Positions 7,409-13,664 of a stretch of 13,664 bases of DNA are shown here, piece after piece (the stretch's first letter is position 1; every line of letters starts with the position of its first letter). The notes under the pieces are model-generated. The model searched no databases and had not been told where the DNA came from. It saw nothing but the letters and a program-made list of their open reading frames with translations. Origin of the DNA: a candidate division WOR-3 bacterium (lineage in GTDB: Bacteria > Hydrothermota > Tepidihabitantia > Tepidihabitantales > Tepidihabitantaceae); contig JBDRUH010000042.1 in assembly GCA_039801225.1 (NCBI GenBank), forward strand, positions 1-13,664, written 5' to 3'. A program made the position numbers and the translations under genes.

Positions 7409-7436
7409 ATATTAAAGACCTCTTTCTTTTAGTCAA
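7409..7436 (-). promoter_or_regulatory. Putative internal sigma70 promoter for ferredoxin-sppA-2Fe2S-oxidoreductase
   Basis: Minus strand reads TTGACT (7436-7431) - 16 nt - TAATAT (7414-7409) - 11 nt - ATG 7397. It occupies the only gap longer than 10 nt in the gene run. Confidence 0.5.
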
Positions 7437-7954
7437 GAAGACCGCTTTTCTTTCACTGATGCCGGTAGACGCAACTGAATCAGGCGGGCGAGTCCGCCAA
7501 TGACCACTCCGGTCCCGGTTCCGATGAGGGTCAAAATTGGCAAAAGTCGCCATAAACTGTCGCTGGGAATAAGGAGAAAGCGGGCAAAAAACAACTGTCC
7601 GATGTTATGAAAAACTCCGCCGACACAACTTATACCGACAACACTAAAACATTTTTTCCCTAATATCCGGATAAGAATCATCGCTATAAGGGAAAGCCCA
7701 CCACCGAATGCACTGAAAAAGAAAAACGGGGTCAGAAACCTGCCGGTAATAACCGAACCCACGATACTTTTTAAGAGAAATACCGCTAATGCGCCCCGAC
7801 CGCCTATATCATCCAGTGCCAGAACAACCGCCACATTGGCAATTCCCAGCCTCAGCCAGGGAAGTGGTGTTGGCAAATAATTTTCCCCGGTCCAAAGCCC
7901 AATCGCCAACGCCCCGTAGATTGCAATCCGCACCGACTTAGCGGGTAACTCCAT
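7433..7954 (-). CDS. Gx transporter family membrane protein ('heptaprenyl diphosphate synthase component I'; EetB-like)
   Basis: ENYLPTPLPWLRLGIANV, FSVVGISCVGGVFHNIGQL and GTGTGVVIGGLA motifs; multiple TM segments. ATG 7954 follows AAAGGGGA. Confidence 0.88.
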   Translation of the reverse strand: MELPAKSVRIAIYGALAIGLWTGENYLPTPLPWLRLGIANVAVVLALDDIGGRGALAVFLLKSIVGSVITGRFLTPFFFFSAFGGGLSLIAMILIRILGKKCFSVVGISCVGGVFHNIGQLFFARFLLIPSDSLWRLLPILTLIGTGTGVVIGGLARLIQLRLPASVKEKRSS

Positions 7955-8306
7955 CAAAATCCCCTTTCCCTTTGAGCCAGAGAACAACCCGATTGGGCAC
8001 ACAGACAACTGTCTGCCCGGCTCGGTCAATAAAACCCATTCGCATACACAGTTTATTTCGGCAGTCAGAACTTTTCACCCGCGCCCGCCGACCTTTTATT
8101 TCCACCAATGTTTTGCCCACCGGACCCGCTAACACCAGAATAGTATCTCTGGGCAAGGAAACCACTGCGACACCATCAGTAGACTGAACAATGCAACTCT
8201 CGGCAGGGTGAGGTTGTCGCCATATAAATAAGATACCGGCACACCCGGTAAGGAGAAAAAAAGTGATCAGGACAGTGTCGCCAGGAGTCAGTTCTAATTT
8301 TTTCAA
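7938..8306 (-). CDS. NusG domain II-containing (DUF1312/Lin0431-like; EetA-like) membrane-anchored protein
   Basis: LTPGD plus a TM helix, GPVGKTLVEIKG.RARVKSSDCRNKLCMRMGFI....QTVVCVPNRV. Start is probably TTG 8306 (alternative GTG 8321). Confidence 0.88.
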   Translation of the reverse strand: MKKLELTPGDTVLITFFLLTGCAGILFIWRQPHPAESCIVQSTDGVAVVSLPRDTILVLAGPVGKTLVEIKGRRARVKSSDCRNKLCMRMGFIDRAGQTVVCVPNRVVLWLKGKGDFDGVTR

Positions 8307-8314
8307 ACTACGAA

Positions 8315-9307
8315 CTAACACAGCACTATGTCCGCCTTCCGGCCACACCGTTGGCATTCGCCATCTTTTAACCCCACCAATCTGCCCACATATCCGCTCC
8401 GGTCAACTAAAACCGCACCGCAACCAGGACAGAAGGTGTTCTGATACCTCTCCCCTATTGTGATATTTCCCAAGTAAACATAGTCCAGTTTCTCTCTGGC
8501 AATTTCTGCTGCCCGGCGCAAAGTTTCTGTGGGCGTTACCGGCTCAGACGCCCGGTGCCGGGGAAAATACCGGGAGAAGTGTAATGGCGTTTTTCTTCCC
8601 AAAGAGGCAACGAAGTCAACCAACTCCCTGATTTCTGCTTCGGAGTCGTTTCTGCCCGGAATAATGAGATTGGTCAACTCAATATGGCAGTTCTTGTGGG
8701 CAATTCTGATTGTCTCAAGAACCGTCGGTAAATCTCCCTTGATATAGTCCCGATAAAACCCCTCTCTGATTGACTTTAAGTCAATATTCATCGCATCAAT
8801 TAACGGTAAAATCTCTCTTAATGGCTCCGGGTTTATCATCCCATTTGTAACCAAAACATTTTTAATCCCGGCATCTTTCAAGAGTTTTCCCGCATCAAGA
8901 AGGAACTCAAACCATACTAATGGCTCGCTGTAAGTGTAGGAGATAAGATTAACCCCGGAGCGTTTCACCGTCTTTAACAGTTCTTGAGGGGAAATGAAGC
9001 GACTTGGGGCAATCTCCTGGGAAATCTCCCAGTTCTGACAGAAGGGGCAAAGTAAATTACAACCATAAGTCGCAACCGAAAAGATTTCCGCACCCGGATA
9101 ATAGTGGTAAAGTGGCTTTTTCTCAATCGGGTCAACCGCCATTGAAACCACCTCGCCATAATTGACCGCATAAAGCTTTCCATCAATATTTTTTCTTCCT
9201 AAACACCTGCCCACCTTCTCCGGAGCAATTACACACCGGTTTGGACAGAGAAGGCATTGCACCCGCTTTCCTTCTAGTGGTGTCCAGTATCTCGCCTCTT
9301 TATTCAT
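8315..9307 (-). CDS. amrS: AmmeMemoRadiSam system radical SAM enzyme
   Basis: N-terminal CLLCPNRC...GRC, DPIEKKPLYHYYPG, radical SAM motif GCNLLCPFCQNWEISQ, YTYSEP, PLHFSRYFP, and C-terminal CPGC/CQRC. Confidence 0.93.
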   Translation of the reverse strand: MNKEARYWTPLEGKRVQCLLCPNRCVIAPEKVGRCLGRKNIDGKLYAVNYGEVVSMAVDPIEKKPLYHYYPGAEIFSVATYGCNLLCPFCQNWEISQEIAPSRFISPQELLKTVKRSGVNLISYTYSEPLVWFEFLLDAGKLLKDAGIKNVLVTNGMINPEPLREILPLIDAMNIDLKSIREGFYRDYIKGDLPTVLETIRIAHKNCHIELTNLIIPGRNDSEAEIRELVDFVASLGRKTPLHFSRYFPRHRASEPVTPTETLRRAAEIAREKLDYVYLGNITIGERYQNTFCPGCGAVLVDRSGYVGRLVGLKDGECQRCGRKADIVLC

Positions 9308-10298
9308 TTAACCTCCCAACAACCCTTTTTACTAAAACCCCATCCTTAAGAAAAAACACAATCGCTACCAACCCCTCCTTGTTTGCCCAGGACAATCCTT
9401 TTTCAGGTCCCATAACAAACAACGCGGTGGAATAAGCGTCCGCCTCAAGTGCACTCGGAGCAACAACTGTTACCGCTACACAGCCATCTGATGGATAACC
9501 GCTTCTCGGGTCAATTATATGACAATAACGCCTACCGTTCTTTTCAAAAAACTTTTGATAATCGCCCGAAGTCGCCACCGCCCGATTCTTTAATTTAAGA
9601 ACCTGAACCACCCCTTCACCGCGCGGATTTTGTACCCCAATCCGCCAGACTCTCTCACCGAAAACCCTTATGTCACCACCGGCGTCAATTAACCCCCCCT
9701 GTACTCCATTGGCTTTAAGTAGCGCCACTGCCCGGTCAATTGCAAAACCAACCGCAATCCCACCCAGGTCTATATTAACACTGTCACCCAGCATTACCGT
9801 ATCACCATTAATTACTACCCGCTCATAACCAACCCGGGGCAACAACTTCTTTATCTCAGAACTCTCCGGTAACCGATAACTCTCGTCAAAAAAACCCCAG
9901 AGTCTCATTAAAGGTTCAACGGTAATATCAAATACGCCCTCGGTCCTTTTGCCAATTTCCAAAGCCTTAAGAATCAAATCTCTGGTCTCAGAAGATACCA
10001 TCAGCCGCCGCGCCCGATTCAATCTAACGACTTCACTACCGTCATAAAAACAGGACCATAGAGAATCCAGCCGGTGGAACTCGGCAAAAGCCTCGGTCAC
10101 TGTCCTGTTAACCCGAATTGAATCCTTACCCAATGCCCGAATCCGAACATAACTGCCAAACGCCATCTCGGTCCGGTCAACTTCATAACCACCTCTTGAG
10201 CAAAAAAGGACTGACAGAGGGGAAACACCAATTAATAGACCGATGAATAAAAACCAGTATCTGTCTCCTGTTGTTTGTCCGCAGCCCTTTCTTCTCAC
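9300..10298 (-). CDS. apbE: FAD:protein FMN transferase (ApbE), membrane-anchored or lipoprotein
   Basis: FDITVEPLMRLWGF, IDLGGIAVGFAID, IDAGGDI, VATSGDYQKFF, YCHIIDPRSGYP, ADAYSTALFVMG. Hydrophobic N-terminus ending in Cys. GTGA overlap with the upstream gene. Confidence 0.93.
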   Translation of the reverse strand: MRRKGCGQTTGDRYWFLFIGLLIGVSPLSVLFCSRGGYEVDRTEMAFGSYVRIRALGKDSIRVNRTVTEAFAEFHRLDSLWSCFYDGSEVVRLNRARRLMVSSETRDLILKALEIGKRTEGVFDITVEPLMRLWGFFDESYRLPESSEIKKLLPRVGYERVVINGDTVMLGDSVNIDLGGIAVGFAIDRAVALLKANGVQGGLIDAGGDIRVFGERVWRIGVQNPRGEGVVQVLKLKNRAVATSGDYQKFFEKNGRRYCHIIDPRSGYPSDGCVAVTVVAPSALEADAYSTALFVMGPEKGLSWANKEGLVAIVFFLKDGVLVKRVVGRLNE

Positions 10299-11185
10299 CT
10301 TCCTATCCTTAAATCAGAAAAAAGGTCAAGCGACTGGTTCTTCCACCCGGACTGGAAAAGCTCCCGGCGCTGTGCCTCAAGAAGTTCTACCTTTAACCCC
10401 ATCCATTCTGCCCCGCAAAAAACCTTTCCCTTGCCCTCTTCCCTTAGAATTCGTAACCAGTCAAGCCCTTCCTTAGAACGCAATAGATGATGGTCAATAA
10501 CCACCTCCCTGATATTCTGGACCAGACCTCGCCCATTGTCCGTCGCTTTTAGTCGTTCTAAGGAATGAAGAGGAAGGAGGTAAAGCGGTGGTCCGTCAAT
10601 AAAGACAATATCCGGCTTCCAGGCAAGAATTATTGCCAGTGCATCCAGATCCAATAGTTGAACATCGGAGGCGTGAACGAAAACCTCTCCCCCATCCTCA
10701 ATCCGCACCATCATCACCGTTCCTTTCCCACTCTCACCATGGGCGACAGGAAAAGAAAAACTGATATCACCCTCCTGCCTGCCATCAGCATCAACCGCCC
10801 GCTCACCAAGAAAGCGGACAAAATCCAGATATCTTTTCTCCATCAATCGGGTATTTCCTTGCCGGCTTTTTATCCAGAGCTGCGCCGTTCCCAATTTGCT
10901 GGCAAACTCTTCAAGAGAAATTTGCCACTCGTCCGGTTCCGCTAACGGCGCGTGGTCGCCATGAAAATGGGTAATAACAATATCGGTTGCCTTTTCCACT
11001 TCTTTTAAAATCGCCTCCCGTATTAGTGCCGCCCTGGTCAGTTCAGTTTTATGCGGCGGTAGACCAAATCGCCTTGGTGCCAGCGCTACGCCCGGGTCAA
11101 TCAAAACCTGGTGTCGTGCCGTTTCCACCACGCAGCACATACTCCTCACCCCAAAAGACTCTACACCGATAATCCTTATTTTCAT
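10295..11185 (-). CDS. UPF0282 (COG2248) MBL-fold metallo-hydrolase
   Basis: ESFGVRSM, IDPGVALAPRRFGLPPH, ITHFHGDH, HASDVQ, DGPPLYL, IDHHLLRS, LLEAQRREL. Confidence 0.9.
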   Translation of the reverse strand: MKIRIIGVESFGVRSMCCVVETARHQVLIDPGVALAPRRFGLPPHKTELTRAALIREAILKEVEKATDIVITHFHGDHAPLAEPDEWQISLEEFASKLGTAQLWIKSRQGNTRLMEKRYLDFVRFLGERAVDADGRQEGDISFSFPVAHGESGKGTVMMVRIEDGGEVFVHASDVQLLDLDALAIILAWKPDIVFIDGPPLYLLPLHSLERLKATDNGRGLVQNIREVVIDHHLLRSKEGLDWLRILREEGKGKVFCGAEWMGLKVELLEAQRRELFQSGWKNQSLDLFSDLRIGR

Positions 11186-11193
11186 ACAACTAT

Positions 11194-11871
11194 CTACCGC
11201 TTGATTTTATTTACCCGTTTACTGGCAAACGCCTGATAGATTATAATTGCCGTTAGACCGATAGCCGCAATAACCAGACCCCAGAAACCCAGCAGGGAAA
11301 GGCTGGTAACAATTCCGGCAGCAATAAGAACACCCAGAAAAATTGCTAAAAGGGCACGCCCGTAGGAAATCCCCAATAAAACCGCGGCTATTGAACCGGT
11401 CCAAGCACCGGTCATCGGTAAAGGGATGGCAACGAAAATCACCACTCCCCAGAATTCAAACCGGCTAATAATATCACTCTTTTTCCTGGTGCGCTTGAAG
11501 AGCCAATCAAAGAATCTCCGAAACAGGGGAACTGGACTTAGCCAGACAACCAATCGTTCTAATAAAAGTAAAACAAGAACTATCGGCAGCATATTACCGG
11601 CAATAGAGAGGAAAATGGTTTTATAAAGGGGAAGGGCAAAAAGGTTATTACCAATTGGCACCGCACCGCGCAGTTCAACTATTGGTAGCATCGCCACAAG
11701 AAAAACCACCGCCTCCGGACTTAAACCTTTCCTCCTTAACCCTTCGGCAATCCTTTCTCCGGTTGTGCCCTGACCCGATGATGAGGCATAACCCATTACC
11801 GGTAGAAGAAGGAAAAGTAGAGCAAAGATAATAGAGAGCCCCTGTGCTCTTTTAGCCTTGAACCACCTCAC
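11194..11871 (-). CDS. Putative small multi-drug export protein (COG2426)
   Basis: AMLPIVELRGAVPIG, GNMLPI, FVAIPLPMTGAWTG; multiple TM segments. GTGA overlap with the upstream stop. Confidence 0.9.
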   Translation of the reverse strand: MRWFKAKRAQGLSIIFALLFLLLPVMGYASSSGQGTTGERIAEGLRRKGLSPEAVVFLVAMLPIVELRGAVPIGNNLFALPLYKTIFLSIAGNMLPIVLVLLLLERLVVWLSPVPLFRRFFDWLFKRTRKKSDIISRFEFWGVVIFVAIPLPMTGAWTGSIAAVLLGISYGRALLAIFLGVLIAAGIVTSLSLLGFWGLVIAAIGLTAIIIYQAFASKRVNKIKR

Positions 11872-13664
11872 AAAAGCCCTTTTCTCCGACGGAAAAAAAG
11901 TTCAATACCAAAAAGGACCATTCCGATGGCTAACCACCAGGGAGAACCCCTCGGGTCAAAAGTCAGCCGTCGCTTAAGTGAAACAGGTTTAATCTCAAAA
12001 TCGGAAAAAGTTCCGAGACTCTCCGCCGGAACAAAACATCCTTTAGTTAATTCAGCAAGCCGAGAGAGGAGTCGCCGATTCATTCCTAACTTCGTCATTT
12101 CCACACTTTGCTGGGAGACCTCAAACTGAACCATCGGTCGGACATTCATACTCCCCAATTTTAACGGCACTTCTGCGGTAGCAGAATACCTGCCGGCAAA
12201 TAGACCGGGCACTTCTACCCGATATACTCCTGGTTCTTTTTCAATCATTGGCATACGCATACCACCCGGAGAAAGAAGGAGCACGACATCAAGCCCCTCC
12301 CAGGGAGTGCCATCAGGTTTTAAGGCAGTAAAAGTGAAACCGACCGGTTCGCCAGCAAGATAGGTAAACGCATTGGCATTCAATCGAAAGAGTAGTGTAT
12401 CTTTTTCACCGAGATAGCGAATTACCCCGCTCAGTAAAGCCGCCAACGGGGTGGTTCTATCAAGAGAAAAGTCGGGCAAAAATCCCCAACGCCAGATATC
12501 CAATCCGCCGAAATAGACCACCTTGCCCCTTTTAACCCTGCCGGCAACCAATAAAGGCTCACCACTCCCGGCAACTTTCAGAATAACAGTTGAATTGTCA
12601 AAGGGTATGCCGGTGAAAACTCCTTTCAAAGGGGGGATACTATTTTTTTTAGTTCCATAGTCGGAAAACCAGGGAAAAATTTGCCCTGTCTCGGTTAACT
12701 CCGGATAAAAACCCTCCGCTTTAGGACTGGCAGGGGTAAGCCGCCGGAGTTCTTTTAATGGTAAGATTCGCCGCAACTTCCCTCCTGAAGAAAATTCTCC
12801 TCCAGCCAGAATTAATGCACCGGCACCCGCCTCCACCCTTTGACAAACTTCCTCTAAGAGATCCGCATCCACCGAACGCTCTAAGATACCATCAATAATA
12901 AAAACATCGCCGTTGGCCACCGCCAAACGGCTGTTGGCTGTCGGCTGTCGCCCGGAATCGGGCGCCCGATTTGGGCGGCTGTCGTCCGTAAAAACCAGTA
13001 CCGGAAAAACCGACACCCTTTTATCACTTCTCAACGCCTGAAGAATAAATCGGCAATTAGGACCGGGACGATTGGTGAGGTAAACGACCTGGATTCTAGC
13101 TGGCTTCACCTCAAATGAAGTCCTCCTGAAATTGTCCAGGTAACTCATCTCTCCGGAGAGACTTTCGGCAAAGACCGTTAATGTTTTATACCCTGGCGAG
13201 GTAAATACTACAGGGAAAACAATCTCCTGTTCACTAACACTAGAGCTGAGAGGAACCTCTCGGCTCTCGGCTGTCGCCCGGAATTGCCCAGAATCGTGCC
13301 CGCTTGGCGGCTGTCGGCTATCGCCCGGTTGGATACGAATGATCGCCTTTTCCCCAAAAGAAAAACCCTCACTCTGAACTATTACTTTAACCAATACTGT
13401 ATCAAGCGCATAAACTACTGGCGGAACAAAGACATCCTTCACCGTTAGGTTGCGCCCTCCTTGCCAACCAAAGCCTACAGTATATATCGGCACTCCCGCC
13501 TTTTCGGCAATAGCGACCGGGTCCTTCTCACCATTATCCTGACCGTCACTTAAAACCACCACCGCTCCCGGTTGATGTTTTAAGACAATCTCCAGCGCCC
13601 TGCCCAGTCGGGTCCGCTCTTCTCCTGATACCGAATCTAAACTATCTCTTAACAAAAGAACACT
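11868..13664 (-). CDS. vWA-like / Ig-like / class I glutamine amidotransferase-like membrane protein, 5'-truncated
   Basis: The frame is open to the window end. TRLGRAL...VVVLSDGQDN...PIYTVGFG (vWA C-terminal half), E.SYLDN Ig-like segment, VEAGAGALILAGG...GKVVYFG..DIWRW (GATase-like), C-terminal TM followed by RRRKGLL. Confidence 0.8.
   Translation of the reverse strand, partial: SVLLLRDSLDSVSGEERTRLGRALEIVLKHQPGAVVVLSDGQDNGEKDPVAIAEKAGVPIYTVGFGWQGGRNLTVKDVFVPPVVYALDTVLVKVIVQSEGFSFGEKAIIRIQPGDSRQPPSGHDSGQFRATAESREVPLSSSVSEQEIVFPVVFTSPGYKTLTVFAESLSGEMSYLDNFRRTSFEVKPARIQVVYLTNRPGPNCRFILQALRSDKRVSVFPVLVFTDDSRPNRAPDSGRQPTANSRLAVANGDVFIIDGILERSVDADLLEEVCQRVEAGAGALILAGGEFSSGGKLRRILPLKELRRLTPASPKAEGFYPELTETGQIFPWFSDYGTKKNSIPPLKGVFTGIPFDNSTVILKVAGSGEPLLVAGRVKRGKVVYFGGLDIWRWGFLPDFSLDRTTPLAALLSGVIRYLGEKDTLLFRLNANAFTYLAGEPVGFTFTALKPDGTPWEGLDVVLLLSPGGMRMPMIEKEPGVYRVEVPGLFAGRYSATAEVPLKLGSMNVRPMVQFEVSQQSVEMTKLGMNRRLLSRLAELTKGCFVPAESLGTFSDFEIKPVSLKRRLTFDPRGSPWWLAIGMVLFGIELFFRRRKGLL
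12928..12988. repeat. Intragenic heptamer/palindrome repeat, copy A
   Basis: CGGCTGT TGGCTGT CGGCTGT CGCCCGGAATCGGGCGCCCGATTTGGG CGGCTGT CGTCCG. Contains the perfect 16-bp palindrome AATCGGGCGCCCGATT (12956-12971). Confidence 0.75.
13261..13328. repeat. Intragenic heptamer/palindrome repeat, copy B
   Basis: CGGCTCT CGGCTGT CGCCCGGAATTGCCCAGAATCGTGCCCGCTTGG CGGCTGT CGGCTAT CGCCCGG. Shares the exact 17-mer CGGCTGTCGCCCGGAAT with copy A. Confidence 0.75.

Noticed and set aside
7398..7553. N-terminal extensions in the ORF track (also 7955-8029, 8322-8357, 4395-4418)
   Set aside because: They overlap upstream genes in another frame and lack family-like sequence. Downstream starts fit better.
7433..8306. 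Literal reading as transcription factor NusG and a prenyl synthase
   Set aside because: Only NusG domain II with a TM anchor is present, with no NGN or KOW domain. The Gx protein is all TM and lacks DDxxD motifs.
496..12129. Numerous short antisense or alternate-frame ORFs in the track (e.g. 496-702, 1764-2066, 2436-2711, 4736-5107, 10658-10945)
   Set aside because: They are shadows of well-supported genes and have no motifs or ribosome-binding sites.
12712..12736. Possible third in-frame hairpin insertion (LTPASPKAEG)
   Set aside because: Weak imperfect pairing and no similarity to copies A and B. It cannot be supported without orthologue alignment.
12928..13328. CRISPR array interpretation of the repeats
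   Set aside because: Only two degenerate copies, about 270 bp apart, inside an ORF, with no regular spacers or cas genes.

Overview
Bacterial window; candidate division WOR-3 or an FCB-like anaerobe is my inference from gene content and is unverified. It has three parts. (1) 1-1807 (+): an AT-richer block of three membrane-protein genes, including a zinc-ribbon/DUF4328-like protein. (2) 1808-3260: a solitary minus-strand XRE-HTH gene with its own leaderless-type promoter and palindrome, flanked by degenerate REP-like hairpins. Its C-terminal ~230 aa consists of two repeats that resemble the helical-bundle capsid fold of archaeal filamentous viruses (Adnaviria). (3) 3261-13664 (-): a tightly packed run of 11 genes. 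In order these are a vWA/GATase-like membrane protein (partial; two in-frame DNA repeat insertions), a COG2426 exporter, a UPF0282 MBL hydrolase, apbE, amrS, a NusG-II protein, a Gx transporter, a 2x[4Fe-4S] ferredoxin, a beta-barrel-fused sppA, a BFD-like 2Fe-2S protein and an FAD amino-acid oxidoreductase. The ferredoxin, 2Fe-2S protein and oxidoreductase match the gamma/delta/beta subunits of the Thermococcus-type L-proline dehydrogenase. I saw no rRNA, tRNA, CRISPR array or transposase. All family calls come from motif recognition, not database searches.
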